Shown here piece after piece: positions 23,201 to 37,619 of a DNA stretch of 64,000 nt; position 1 is the stretch's first letter, and every line of letters starts with the position of its first letter. Position numbers and translations under genes: made by a program. The notes under the pieces are model-generated. The model worked only from the letters and a program-made list of their open reading frames with translations, made no database searches and was not told the origin of the DNA. Source of the stretch: Malacoraja senta (taxonomy: Eukaryota); contig CM075998.1 of assembly GCA_038087875.1 (NCBI GenBank), forward strand, positions 1,738,001 to 1,802,000, read 5' to 3'.

Positions 23201-26200
23201 TATTTTAATTTTTAATGATCAAAAGAGACCACAGACAGTCATGCAGGTCATAATGTATATCACACGAACATTTAATTTAACACTTACATAAATAAATCCA
23301 GTAAGTTGTGAAAATTTCAGCCAGACCAACTTCAAATCTAGTTTCCGATCCAAGCCTACTATCAATTGGTTAAAGTCACAAATTTATCTTTCTTGTTACA
23401 TTTCTTCACCCCCCCCTCTCAGGTCCTCGAATTTTGTTTTTCATTGTTCAATACAGTACCTCGCATCTCCTCAATCCGCCTTCCAATTGGGAAAGAAGGA
23501 CATGTAGAAGGGCCACCTCTCTACATTGCGACGTTCATCCTGGAGTGAATGGCAGCATTGACATCGCAAGGGAGAGACTGCGGGAGAGTGTAAAAGAGCC
23601 AGCGAGGGAGGTGACCGAGAGAGAGCCCGAATGAGAAAGTGATCAGAGGACGAGAGATGGGGGCCACATTCCCCGACCCCAATGAAAATTTAACTTACGA
23701 ACAAGAAAGCAAACGTTTGAATTGCATTAAGTTTGGAGTGCACCAGGTATTTGTTGCAACATACACTCACCTTGGCGACAAAACAGATCTTTAGCAGAGC
23801 TTTACAGCAAGCTCCCGACTAGTGGGCCTTGAAATTTTCCGTTAACTATTAATCGAATTCCATGTCGTGTCAGTTGAAAGATGTGACAATATATAATGTT
23901 ACGTGTATATTGTATCGACAAGAAAATAACATTCAGATGGTTAGTAAGTTAACTGCCACAATTTACAACCCCGGTCTTGCATCTTGCAAAGTCTCCTCCG
24001 TCCGGTTACAGAGCAGAGCCAGCAGAACAAGAAATGATTCATTTGGATTGGGATGGAAGCGGAGGGAGCAGTAACTGTTGGAAAATAAAGAGAAATGAGA
24101 GTGTTCAAGAATATAACACGATGTCAGGTGTTGCACCTGTATTCTTACACCCATGTGGTTATGGTTTCAGCTGAGGTTCGAGCCCTGGATACCTGCAACA
24201 CATCTTGGCATTTTCACAATCTTTATGAAGTTAACACTCAAAGAGCGTCTGTGAAATTAAAAAGTGACATTACTCGAGTGAGAATGCCATGTAACAATGT
24301 ACTCCCTCACAAAGTATTTCAAACAGCATTGAAACGCTCCAGTGCTGGCTAAACACAAGATGCCACTGGATTTGGAAGTGGCGATTGTGTTCTGCTTTGT
24401 ATCTGGGACTGAAGTTTGTTCACTTGGTTTATGGGAGGGCCATCCATCTTTGGTGGGTCTCTTGAGGGCTGTTTGTTGGTGAATGAAACTAGCAATCTCC
24501 CCATACAACTCAAAGTATTTCAAGATCCCTTCCGACTTTGGTGGATGGTGGCAAAGGCAGAGAGGTTGGTGCAAATTGTAATTATTTAGCCTGGGATTCA
24601 CATCCCCTTTATTGATGGGCTGGATTTCGAATAATGTGATTCTCGCCCTTGTTAAGAGGCCCATAATTTTCATGCTGTTGAAATCAGTGGAGATACGGCA
24701 AATGCAGTTCACGTGACTGTAAGCATTAGCGATGAGAAGCCAGTAGGACCATAACCTCATTCTCAAAACCAAAACTGTAGCTGCTGGGAATCTGAAATAA
24801 AAACATGAAATGTTGGAAATACTCAGCAGTTCAGGCAGCATCTGTGGAAAGAGAAAAAAGAACTTTCTAGGTTGATGAGCTTTATCAGTTTAGGAGAAAG
24901 GTCATAGACCCGAAACATTAGATCTGTTTTGCCCTCCGCAGATGCTGCCTGACCTGATGAACATTTCCACCATTTTCGTTTGGACTTCTGTTATATTCAA
25001 CACAGCCTTTATTTTATTTTGTTCCTCTTGTGTTTTTTTTGGGAGGGGAATTCTTAATTGCTTACTACAAGTACCAGGTTTGTGAATTTCATCAGGAGTA
25101 TCGTGCATTTGGTTAACAATTGGAACTTTAAGTAACATTGTGGCAAAATAACAGGTTAACTTACAAGACAAAAAACTCCATGGCAGGTTACCTCCATGAC
25201 TGATATTGCCAGAAGTCATTCCTGCACACAGGACCATCAGAATTTGGGCTCTTTGATCATCTGTACAAGGTCTCTAGATAGCTGAAAATATAATTGTCTT
25301 TTGTGCTTTGAGCTTTGTGCAAATCAGCCAGGATAATCATTTTTGATTGTAATAATTATTGCCAGAAAACAGCAATGTATTTTCAAATAATTGGAACAAT
25401 AATAAAGTAAGTTGATCCAATTATAAATTAAATTAATTCAAGACAATATATAAAGTGTAAGCATCACATTCATGTGAATAGGGCCACTTGTAGTTCTGGA
25501 CTGGAGTTTGACTTTATAGCCTTGATAACACACGATGTCCAGTCCACACAATGTATCCATAGGATAAAGATAACATTTAAAATATATCTCACACTCAGAA
25601 TAGCACATGTTCCTTTATTATACCGCCAGTTATTGGAGCAATGCTGTTGGCAGTATAAAAGCGAGATGGGATGATGAGGGGACATCTCCTCCTCGGCCGA
25701 TTTACGCAGTCATTCCTTCCAAGGGGCCGCACAAAGAGCGAAGCGGTGCCTCGCAAACAATCAGGAGGTTGAGCAGTTATTCAAAGGGAAAGCAAACCTA
25801 ACTCGATTCGGTCGATTTTCAGGAGCTGATTATCTGCAGGGATTCTTTTGAGCGCCTGCTGGGAGTGAGGTGGAAAGTCCACGCAAATGTTGGGTAAATG
25901 GAAGAAAAGACGTTGCTGCCGATTGTCTGATATTTCCACCAAAAGCGCAGTGGATGCTGCGTAGCTCTGGCGCAGAGATTAATGGCACAAAGCAGTTTCT
26001 GTTCCTCAGAGGGTTCCTGGTCTCATGAAAATATCAACTTAATCCCTCTAGTTCTACATTTCATGTTCTTTTGAACAACTTTCAAAAATGTAATTCTCTC
26101 AAATATCATGACAGATTCATCCTTCATAGTCATTCCATATCCTGATAAGCCTGTGCATTTAAAAAAAAAACTTTCATTGTCCATTTTATACTTATCCATT

Positions 26201-27469
26201 CCATTCAATGGAATTAATATTTTATCATTTACCCTGCAGAATCTTTTAGGGTTTTGCAAACTTCTCTTTTCTAAGATGTCACCGTAACACCTGTGTTTCA
26301 GCCAATGCAGAACTAGTTCTACAAGTCAATTATAACATTATCTTTCTGTCCTAGTTTCATCGTAGTAAATAATTATATAAAATCTAAATTGGAAGTTATT
26401 TATTGACTGTAATCACCTAATAATAGGAAGTCCAAAACTGCCCACAGCAGGAATGGCAAACTCCCCGCAGCATGGGCAGATTTACTACTAGTAAATTCAT
26501 CTGTTTTTGTATTTATAGAGGCATCAGCACAGAATCATGCTTTGGATCACCATGTCTATGTGGACCATCAAGCACCCATCTTCATTAATCCCGCAATGCA
26601 TTCCTTCAATAGACAATAGGTGCAGGAGTAGGCCATTCGACCCTTCGAGCCAGCACCGCCATTCAATGTGATCACGGCTGATCATCCCCAATCAGTACCC
26701 CGTTCCTGCCTTCTCCCCATATCCCCTGACTCCGCTATCTTTAGACCCCCCCCCAACAACTCTCCCCCTTACCTCAACTGATTCACCACCTACCCACTTA
26801 CACTGGGGGAAACGGACGAAACAGCACATGTCTGGGATCAAGGAGGAAACCAGAGGGAAATCACGGGATGAACAGACAGCACCGGAGATCAGAATCGTGC
26901 CTGGGTCGCTGGAGCTGTGAGGCAGCCGCACTAGCTACATCGCCACTGACCGGGTTCTGATGTCCAGCCAGGTAAACGGGGGTTAAAGCATCTGGAGGTA
27001 AAACTGCTGAACGATGTTTAAAATAATGACGGTGAAAAGAATTGACAGGGTCGAAGAAGGGAAGATTATTCCCTTTATACGGGCTAGAACCAAAGTACAT
27101 TTTTTGATATAAACTGGTTAAAAAACACAAAATAAAATTCAGATTAAAACAAATGTTACTTTGCTATATTACTTTACTTTTGCTATTTCCCCTAATTTGG
27201 TGTCATTAGATTGTAGTGTTGGTTTCTTTGGCCATGTCCAAATCATTTATGCACAAGGAAGACAAGAATCCCAATTGAGGTCCACAGGGTATCCGACTAA
27301 CCAAAATTGTTTCTCTACTCCGTCCTCTCCGTCCATGATCTACTCCATCTCACCACTTTACCCTCAATACCACAGGCTTTAATCTTCTTCCCAAGCATTT
27401 GATGTGATCATTTATCATTTCCAACCATATAACCTCCCTGCCAATACATTTGGTAATTTTATCTATAGA

Positions 27470-27851
27470 ATGGTGCCACAGTAGTTGCTGCCTCACAGCT
27501 CCAGAGACCCGGATTCGAACCTGACCACTGGTGCTGTCTGTACAGAGTTTGTACGTTCTCCCTGTGGCCGCATGGGTTTTCTGCGGGCGCTCTGGTTTCC
27601 TCCCAAACTCCAAAGACGTACAGGTTTGTAAGTTAATTGGCTTCGGTAAAGATTGTAAATTGTCCCTAGTGTGTGTAGGATAGTGCTAGTGCACAGGGAT
27701 CGCAGGTCGGCACGGACTCGGTGGGCCGAAGGGCCTGTTTCCGCACTGTATCTCTAAACTAAACTAGTGTGTGAACGGGCAATCGCAGGTTGGCACGGAC
27801 TCGGTGGGCTGAAGGGCCTGTTTCCGCACTGTATCTCTAAACTAAACTAAA
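27470..27851 (+). mobile_element. HE1-like SINE with tandemly duplicated 3' tail
   Basis: SINE body, then two copies of atcgcaggtyggcacggactcggtgggcygaagggcctgtttccgcactgtatctctaaactaaact. Confidence 0.85.
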
Positions 27852-28844
27852 TTACATTGGAGAAACATGATCTGTGCTGGCTCTTCTTGAATAGCCCATA
27901 TCTTCCTGTGTTCACTGATTTTCTGTGTTCGCAGTTTCCCTCGTGTTGTTATAGGAAATCTTACACACAGTATAATTCAACATAGATTGTTTAATGTTAC
28001 AGTGCAGGTAGCCCAGTGGCATTTAGTATCATGTGGCTCTGGAGAATTCAGTGTATAAACACAGTTGACATGTGCTTGCATATGGAGTGTAGTTAAATAA
28101 AATGGGGAAAATCCATCTATGTTTTTTTAATAGGGGAAGGGGAAGGTTTGGTAAGTGAGACTGGTCTATAATGAGGGTAGACAGTGGTGAATTCAGAATC
28201 AAACCTTTCGGGATCAGTTATTCAAAAGCAGCTCAGTAAAATAATTATTGTAATGACATTTAAATTAAAATTACCCAGTAGATTGCAGCCAAAGTGTCGG
28301 AAGAAACAAATTAATACGGGAAGAAGGAGATAGACAATTACAGCACAAGGGAAACCATTTGGTCTATTTAAACATGTCAATTATTACACATTTTGCTCTA
28401 GTACGAAACACTATTGTGGATTCAGGAGTACCCATCTAACCTTGTTATTTTAATTATGAACATAAAAATGGTCTTAAACCTATAGATTCAAAAATGTAGC
28501 ATTCAATATTAACTCCAGTACAGGTATATGTGTTGAATTATGCCTTTCACTTGAATGGGTACATTTCCTCTTCAAAAAATTACAGGAGAATCCCAGTTTG
28601 CCTTTAGGATTAATAGCCCACGAAGGAATTCCCAGAAGCTCCAAAATATGGGATTTCAGGAAATTAATTTGTGTTGGCCACCAGTTATGGGGAAAGCTCA
28701 ACCATTCTATTCCATTTATTTTTTGGGGACAATTTCTTCCCAGTCTCAGCCTCCCCTCGTGTCCACCATCATGTTCTGATGCATTTGCAGCAGTTCCACC
28801 AATTAGTTTTCGGTAACATTGCTTATGCTGCAGCTCTGCAGAGG

Positions 28845-29115
28845 AGATAGGTTTAAGGTGAGGGGGGGAAAGATTTAATAGGAACCTAAGGGGAAGCTTT
28901 TCCATTCAGAGGGTGGTGGGTATTTGGAACGAGCTACCTGAGAAGGTAGGTGAGGCAGGTACTAGAACAACAATTAGGACAGGTGCATGGACAGGAATGG
29001 TTCAGAGGAACATGGGCCAAATGTGGGCAAACGGGACTAGTGTAGATGGGGTATCTTGGTTAACATGGATGGGTTGGTTTGACGGCCTGTTTCCCTGCTG
29101 TAGGACTCTATGACT
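28845..29115 (+). mobile_element. CR1/HER1-type LINE 3' end whose tail resembles the SINE tail
   Basis: RVVGIWNELPEKVGEAGT remnant and tail ggcctgtttccctgctgtaggactctatgac. Confidence 0.75.
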
Positions 29116-30879
29116 AACTATTTCATCACTAGATGTCACATCGCATCCTGACTATATGTGCACATGCTGAAACTTTCAATAATTTGGCAATGTAAATTCA
29201 CTTTGGTGTTATCAGAATAAAGCCGTCTGGCTGCCAACTAACATTTCTCAGTGAAGACCACCCTTAACTATGCCAGTGTGGCATTTCCAATTATGCACAC
29301 TTGCCACTTTGATCAAGATGGTCAAATATTAGTCGCATGTGATTATACATGTACTGAAAACTAGTTGTATATGGCTTAAGTAATTGAACTGGGCCCAAAT
29401 ATAGGTGACATTTAACCTCGTGCCTGAGCTGAGAATCATCCCATGTTCCAGCAATAAAGAGTCAGCATCGTAGCCATTGTGTCTCAGCCCACCCTCGCCA
29501 TCACTGTTGAGATTCACTGATTGGGATGTTTCATTCAAAGGGACTTACGCAAATAGATAACCCTCACCCAACAATGAAAACAAAAAATCTAAACACACAG
29601 AAGATAGACACAAACAGCTGGAGTAACTCAGCAGGTCAGACAGCATCTCTAGAGAAAAGGAATGGGTGACGTTTCAGGTCAAGACCCTTCTCCTTCTCGA
29701 CCTGAAATGTCACCTATTCCTTTTCTCCAGCGATGCTGTCTGACCAGCTGAGTTACTCCAGCTTTTTGTGTCTACCTTTGGTTTAAACCAGCATCTGCAG
29801 TTCCTTCCTACACTATTTAGACGCAGTATGTCACAGATCGCCAGGCAACTTATGAGCATGGCAAACAGTGTGGTGCCAACCTTGGCTCACAGTCTCTCCG
29901 CTGTAATCTGTAGCTGCTCTCAACGTGCAATAAGACTGCCCTGTGCGGCAGGAAAACTAAAAGCAAAAACCAAACGGGGAACTGGGTATTTGACCCTTCT
30001 AAGTGGCGTGAGCTCTGCTGGAGTCTGAATCCTCCATGTCGATGGTGCAGGGAACTGCAGAGTGCTATGGAGCTCAGGAAGGCACAGCAGGAAACAGAGG
30101 CTGCTCTTGCTTCAGAGACATGGGCAAACTCATGGAATATACCCAGAGCGTCGAGAGGATAGAAAGCACATTAATGGTACAACATATGTCAAAATGCCAT
30201 TGACGGTACTGGGGGATTTAAACAATTTGGTTAAGAAGCCATCTCAATGCATCACCTCAAACATTACCTCTACACCTTTGTACAATTTCCCCCTTGAGCA
30301 TAGTCTTTGTGTAAGCGCAAAACCAGGCAGACAGACAGTTTCAGTAATCCTAGCGTGCAACATTTGCAGCATTTCATTTCAATTGCCCCTGATGAAACAT
30401 TGCTATTCAACACATTAGGATGAGGAGCTGCTGGACTTGTTGCTGTGTGTTTCCGTTTCTGTTTTAATGTAATTTCAGTTTTCGGCCATTGGCAGACTTC
30501 ATTCAGGTATCTTTGCTCTATCCTTACCCTGTCAATATGGGAGTTTGTTTTCCAATCCCTCTAAAATTGGCCACCAAAGACCTTCATTGTTCTGAGCCTG
30601 GCAGGCAAAGCCATATTCCCCATTGTGTTTTCCCTGCACTCGCTCAGTTTTCTGGCTAATTGACCTGTACACGTTGATGTGACTTTACTGGTGCTTGTGC
30701 CAAATGAGAGACTGCGGCAGCAAAATGGATGAAGAGGTGGCTTTGCGCTTGCTTGGGACCACAGCCAAGTGGCACATGCACTCATTGCAGCCCAGGGGAA
30801 ATGCAGACCACATGTGCATGCGTGCAAAACACAGCCACCAACACACGTGAACACTTACATGTGCGCATATACCTTCTCA

Positions 30880-31285
30880 CATACTCTCGCTCTCTCTCAC
30901 ACGCGCACTCTCTCTCGCTCTCTCACACACGCACACACAATCTCTCTCACACATACACACCCTCTATCTCTCACATGCACATACACCCTCTTTCACACGC
31001 AGATACCCTCTCTCAGGCATTCTCTTGCTCTCTCTCTCTCTCTCTCTCTCTCACTCACACACACATTCTCTTACTCGCACACACCCTCTTTCTCACACAT
31101 ATACACACCATCTCACACATGCACACACACCCTCTCACACATACCGATACACTCTGTCTCATACACACACACTCTCTCACTCTGTATCACACACCCTCTC
31201 ACACACTCTCACTCACACTCTCTCGCTCATTCTGTTTCTCACTCACACACACTCACTCTCTGACACGCACAGGCTCACTCTACAC
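30880..31285. repeat. Degenerate compound (CA)n/(CT)n microsatellite
   Basis: Directly visible; it explains the His/Thr/Leu/Ser-rich ORFs in three frames. Confidence 0.95.
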
Positions 31286-33617
31286 CAGAAAAGCTGGTGC
31301 AAATCGAAGCGAAACAGACAGTATGAGCCAATAAAACCATTGCTTTTAATTAACAAGAACAACAACCTTGGAAGTGATGTAACTTACATTCACTTGCTCC
31401 TTCAGTCGAACCAGGGTCCATAATGAATTCAATGGGCAATTCGTGGAGAGAGTGGTGACAGTGTGGAATCATGCCACCACGGGGTGTGGTTGGAGGTGAA
31501 CAGCAAGGGTATATTCAAGGGGAAGCTCGCACAGCATTTGGGAAGAGAATAGAGGTAACACGCCGATGGAGTTAGATGCAGGAAGGTGAGGATGGGAAGA
31601 GACACTGCGTGGCGCAGCAGAAACACCAGCATTGGACTGGTGGGCCAAACCATCTGTTCCCCTGCTGCATATTCTCTGTCATTCTATTCTTATAATGATT
31701 TAATTAAATATATTTGAACTTAAATATCCACTTTCACTAACATCTCCAGATCATCTAATTTCTTCTCTATGTTTCGATTTGTTTTTATCTGATGACACAG
31801 AGCTTTTATAAATCATTAAAGATTGACTTGCTGGCATTTTCACCTCTTATGGTCAATTGGCTTCTTGTGCAACTTCGGTGCAAGTCTTTTGAGCTCCCTC
31901 TGGTTCATAAGGTCATAAGGAATAGGAGCAGAATTAGGCCATTCGGCCCATCAACTCCGCCCTTCAATCATGGCTGATCTATCTCTCCCTCCTAACCCCC
32001 ATTCTCCTGCCTTCTTTCCATAACCTCTGACACCTGTACTAATCAAGAACAGTTGGGTGGTGTTGGGTTGGGTGAAGTGCCCCAGTCCTCACCGAGCTGT
32101 TACCACCGGAGTGAATAACTCGCCCTGCAATGACTGTAAGATTAGAGCGCAGTCCTGAACTACTATCTACCTCATTGGTGACCCTCAGACCTTCAGATTG
32201 GACTTTACTGGCCTTGCCTTGCACTAAACGTTATTCCCTTATCATGCACACTGTGAATGGCTCAATTGTAATCATGTATTGTCTTTCCGCTGACTGGTTA
32301 GCACGCAACAAATGCTTTTCACTGTACACGTGACAATAAACTAAACTAACTATTGCCACTAACTATGTTTATTTGGGGAATTTGCACCTGCATGCCTGAA
32401 CCAAACCAAGAAGAACATGGAAATGGTTAGAGAGTTAACTTTTCATCCGTCATGCCAGCAGGAAACCATCATGAAACTGAACCACTCTGTTGTTGCCTCA
32501 TCTACAAGCCAGACTTTCCTTGAGATTGGCTGTCAGGAGTGAGATTGGTGAATTCAGCCTTTCAACTAAAGATAGGCAGTAGTTACATCTGGTTAAGGGG
32601 TTTTATTGAGAGGCATTGCACGTATCAGTTGCAGACCTGTAGCTAAAGTCTGTTAAATATTGCAAATGTGGATGGTAGAAGTGTAGAGGTAAGATTACAA
32701 AACAGTGCAAGGCGCAAAAGCTTAGAACCAAGGCCATTCCTACAAGCCCAACAGCACCTCATCTGGGTACAGTGCAGTCTTCCAGACTCATTATCCATTT
32801 CAGCAACTTCGGATAACATGTGTTGGCAGTTCTTGGTCTTTGCAAGTTCCTTAGTCCAAACACACCCTAGGAATTTTCAATTGGATTTAGGAAAAATTAT
32901 CCAATATTTATCCCTAGTTCTGGTCTTCCCCAGAAGTGGAATTTATTTCTCTTGTTAAAGACCTCTCGAGAGACCACCAGCAGAACAGACTCTTCCCTGA
33001 TAAGCTCTCTCTGATGGTATGATGTGAGTATGTCTACTTTGTATTACCTTCAGTTTCTGTCATATCCTTTCTGCAATGTGACTAGAACTATTCACCGCAC
33101 TCTGTGTAATCTAACCTGAGTCTTAAGGTAAAGGTAAGATCAAAATTGGCCGACCCCTGCTCCAGTTTCCTATATTCTGATGTAAAGCCAGGAGTCAGTT
33201 TTAATGTGTGGGAAGGAATTGCAGGTGCTGTTTACACCAAAGATAGACACAAAATGCTGGAGTATGCTGACTGCTCTGCTCAGTTTAAATGGATTGCTTG
33301 GTGCAGGCCGTGTAGCTGTTGATTGTAGGTCAGTTTTATCACGTGTTGGATAATGTCAGGCATAATTAGATCTGACATAGTATCTTGTGATGAAATCTCA
33401 CAAAATAAATTCAAGTTGGCAATCCAATTCCTAATTCCCCATGTCCCCTGCATTATCTGTCCTGTCCGATTAAAGTTCAGTCTTTGAAGTCCTTGCGACT
33501 TGATCAAACTTACTCTCAGATGCACACTTCTGAATTCCAAAAAAACAACTTTAATAAGATGGAGGCACAAGAGACTACAGATGCTGGCATCTGCCCTTTA
33601 AAGAGATACCTGATACA

Positions 33618-33662
33618 TGCCACCAGATGGAACACCTCGGCTCTGCCACCAGATGGAGCACT
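33618..33662 (+). promoter_or_regulatory. Tandem CTCF-like motifs
   Basis: TGCCACCAGATGGA at 33618-33631 and 33644-33657; the second continues GCACT, close to the CCASYAGRKGGCRS consensus. Confidence 0.4.
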
Positions 33663-34909
33663 GCTTGGTGACAGGGTACATCACAGAAATCAGGGAAACA
33701 GAAAATCAATCAAAGATAAATGGAAAGTGTGGAGGGAGGCTGTTTGTGAATGATCCACTACGACACTGCACCAATATGCCCAAGGACAGGACCATGGCGA
33801 GGGAAGTGCTGCCATCTCGGCTGAATGGCTGTGCCAGCTTTGAACAAGAATGGGAAAAAAAAATCCCACAGAGGATGTTTCCACTCGTGGGAGAGTCTAG
33901 GACTAGAAGCTAAAGCCTCAGAATGAAAGAACTCTCCTCGAGGAAGGAGACGAGGAGGAATTTCTTTAGTCAGAGGATAGTGAATCTGTGGAAATCATTG
34001 CCACAGAAGGTTGTGGAGGCCAAGTCAATGGATATTTTTAAGGCAGAGATAGATAGAGTCTTGATTAGTACGGGTGTCAGGGGTTATGGTGAGAAGAATG
34101 GGGTTAAGAGGGAAAGATAGGTCAGCCATGGTTGAATGGTGGAGTAGACTTGATGGGCCGAATGGCTTAATTCTGCTCCTATCATTTATGAAAAGAAATG
34201 AATGCACACAGTAGAGCATTAATCTTAGAGTGTATTAAGGTCCTTGTGATATAGCTTTGGAAATGTAGAGTATTTATAAGATCTTAAAAGCTGCCTGGGC
34301 TTAAGCTATTTCCAACAGCAACATCTTTCTAATATTGTCTACATTGACCGGAAAGATACACATAAATATGATCGCGGCACTCTATGACAATGTCATCATA
34401 ATGTCTTACTACAGAAGGGAATTGTGAGCTGAGGCATTACTGCCTAAACCAATTTCTGACTGAAGTCTTAAAAGATGTACAGACATATCAATCACCTTGA
34501 ACACACATCACTGCTTTTTACATCTATTGTGACAAAAACAACGTGAATCCCTTCCAGGTCTGCTTCCGCCCCACGCGTTGGAGCTTTGCATTTCCACGAT
34601 GCCATTGCTTCTGTACATTTCTTCAGGGTATTAGAAATGGCGTATTTGAAACCGAAACAAGGAGGCATATTCTTATGAGCAGTTTGGGGACTTGGAATAA
34701 AACAGATCAACAAAAAAAAACCTTTGCATCTGTATGGCATCTTTCATCCAACGGCTTTGCAGACAATTAAGTACTTTGACGTTTAGCAAAGGAAGAAACG
34801 ATGTTTTAACCGGCAGGATGTGAAGAAGACTCATTTCTTGATTAGAGGAGAGTAGGAAGAATTTGTTTCAGGCAGCAGGTTGGTGGGAACTCGCTGCAGA
34901 GGAGGGTAG

Positions 34910-35275
34910 ACAATAAACAATTGGTGCAGGAGTAGGCCATTCGGCCCTTCGAGCCAGCACCATTCAATGTGATCATGGCTGATCATCCCCAATCAGTACC
35001 CCGTTCCTGCCTTCTCCCCATATCCCCTGACTCCGCTATCTTTAAGAGCCCTATCTAGCTCTCTCTTGAAAGCATCCAGAGAACCGTCCTCCACCGCCCT
35101 TTGAGGCAGAGAATTCCACAGACTCACAACTCTCTGTGAGAAAAAATGTTTCCTCGTCTCCGTTCTAAATGGCTTACTCCTTATTCTTAAACTGTGGCCC
35201 CTGGTTCTGGACTCCCCCAACATCGGGAACATGTTTCCAGCCTCTAGCGTGTCCAAGCCCTTAACAATCTTGTAA
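34910..35275 (-). mobile_element. CR1 LINE 3' end
   Basis: ORF 34993-35256: SRTRGHSLRIR...FFSQRVVSLWNSLPQ...GYGEKAGTGY. Confidence 0.9.
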
Positions 35276-36061
35276 TGGAAACAGATTCAATAGTAACTCA
35301 AAAAGGAATTGGATATGTACTGGAATCAGAAAATATAACTACATGGGCAAGAGGAAAAAGGAATAGATCTTATCAAATAGCACTTTCAAGGATCTACACA
35401 ACCACATTGGACTGAATGGTATATTTCTGTGCTGTACAGTTTAATAGTGACAAGTTACAATAAGGCAGGTTACTTATTTCTTATTGTAAAATATATTTGT
35501 TTGTCCAACAGCTAAAATGGTTGAGTTATCACACGCATTATTGTCGTGTGTGTTGCTGAGATCCTCTCCTGTGGTTTGCCGCAGTGACAGTTTACAATAC
35601 TTAGTTTGCATTACAATTCTTGAGTCACACTGCTGTTCTGTTTACTAATGACCGTCCCTGCTCACCGGGGAGTTGGTATGTGGCGATCGAAGCAGAACAA
35701 CAAAACCCCACAAATCAATCACTTGCAGGAGTGGTCGACTTTAATCAACGCATGTGATTAATTTGCTTCTTCACCGTGGAATAATGAAGCTGGAAGTTTA
35801 GTAATACATCAAAACTACTGGGAAAGAGGAGGCCAAGAGCAATGGCAAGAACTTTGTATCACCGGGTGATCAGTAAACATTGAAATAGTTCATCTCTTGA
35901 AGGAGGCCAGAATCCTGGGCAGTCCTACATCACCTGAAGTATCTTTAGTTACAATACTATCACAATCTCATATTTCTGCAGGGCACAGGAGGCCACACTG
36001 CCCATCCAATTTATGCTGGCTTTCAAAGCAATCCCATCCTCCATCATATTTCCCTGTAACC

Positions 36062-36373
36062 TGTTTAGTTTAGTTTAGAAATACAGCACGGAAACAGGCC
36101 ATTCGGCCCACCGAATCTGCACCGGCCAGTGATTCCCCCCCACCACCACTAACACAATCCTACACACACTAGGGACAATTTACAATTATACCAAGCCAAT
36201 TAACCTACTAACCTGCACGTCTTTGGAGTGTGGGAGGAAACCAGAGCACCCGGAGAAAACGCTTGCAGGTCACGGGGAGAAGGTACAAACTTCGTACAGA
36301 CAGCACCCGTAGTCGGGATCGAACCCGGGTCTCTGGAGCTGTACGGCAACAACTCTACCGCTGCGCCACCGTG
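36062..36373 (-). mobile_element. HE1-like SINE, full length; an older SINE follows at ~36410-36615
   Basis: Same head, box and tail structure as 17508-17808. Confidence 0.85.
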
Positions 36374-37619
36374 TTCTCTCACGCATACTATCAACATCCC
36401 TCTCTCTCCATTCACCGACCACCCACCTACATAAGGGGCAATGTACAGCAGCCAATTATCCGAACCGCATGTCTTTGAGATGTGGGAGAAAACTGGAGGA
36501 ATCCCATGCAGTCAAGGAGAGAACGAGCAAACTCCACTCTGGCAGCACCTGTGGCCAGGATTGAACCTGTGTCACTGGAGCTGTGAGGCAGCAGATTGGT
36601 CAGTTGCTCCACCTTGCAGCCCTTCACCAAAATAAGTAGCTTTAAAATGAAAGTTGTTAACACCTAAGAAACTCGAGTTTCCTTTGCAGTGCTCAGGTGC
36701 CAGAAACATTCTCACTGCCTTCCGTCTTCAATTATATTTTGTGTAAGACCTTGTAAAGCAGCAACTTGTGTGTTTGATTTAATCCATTAAATAAAGGTAA
36801 AGCTGAAGTCAACCAGCTACTGGTATTAATGGACATTCAAGGATCCACTTTCACATACTCACCCACACACAGCACTGCTGAATGCTGGAAAACAGTTTGA
36901 ATGCAGCCATTCTATTTTTCTCTGGGATATCTGACCATCTGATACTATTGTTTTGGTTTCTCTTGCTGGAGACGGAGTGGGGAGAAGGGTGAAAGGATGA
37001 TGCAGTAGATCAGGCTGGGATTGGCAATGTGGGAGGCAAGTCAGCTGGGGGCTAAGGGGTGGGGAGGTAATGTGACACATTAGCCTTGTGTATGCAGACT
37101 GTATACAGGTAGACGTAAGTACTCGTGGTGTATGGCAAGTGTTCAATGTTCTCTGCTCTGTGAGCTGATGTCTAGGTAGCCACTGCAAAGGAGTTGGCAT
37201 TGGAGAGCAAGAACAGTGTCATGCATTCGCTTGGCGCTTTTGCAGATATTTCAGACTATAACAGAAGTAAGCCTGTGCTATCGCTATTGTGCGCAGAGCA
37301 GAGACCACAAGCAGTAATGAGATACATCACCAGTTAATCTCTCGGTAAAGGCAAGATCAAAAATGGGACGGGGGAATTAACTAGATTTAATTCCCAGCCT
37401 GGCTGTAAGAAACAAAGTTTTTCACTCTGACCTGTTATTTATTTTGTCTATTGCAGTGAAAGCGGTAACAAGGTCTCACAAAGTTTACGTTGGTGGCTAC
37501 TGAAGAAAATGTAGTTGAGATATTCAAAGATCTTGATAATGACTTGTAAGGATTTGCACTGATTTAACGCATTATCACTTTTCTGCAGCTCCATGTGTCT
37601 GATGCTATATTTTAATGAC

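Noticed and set aside
24257..24841. 194-aa minus-strand ORF
   Set aside because: It starts within a Penelope-like remnant, has no recognisable domain and no convincing splice boundaries.
30729..31423. Three overlapping ORFs of 132-201 aa
   Set aside because: They are stop-free only because of the (CA)/(CT) microsatellite and have low-complexity products.
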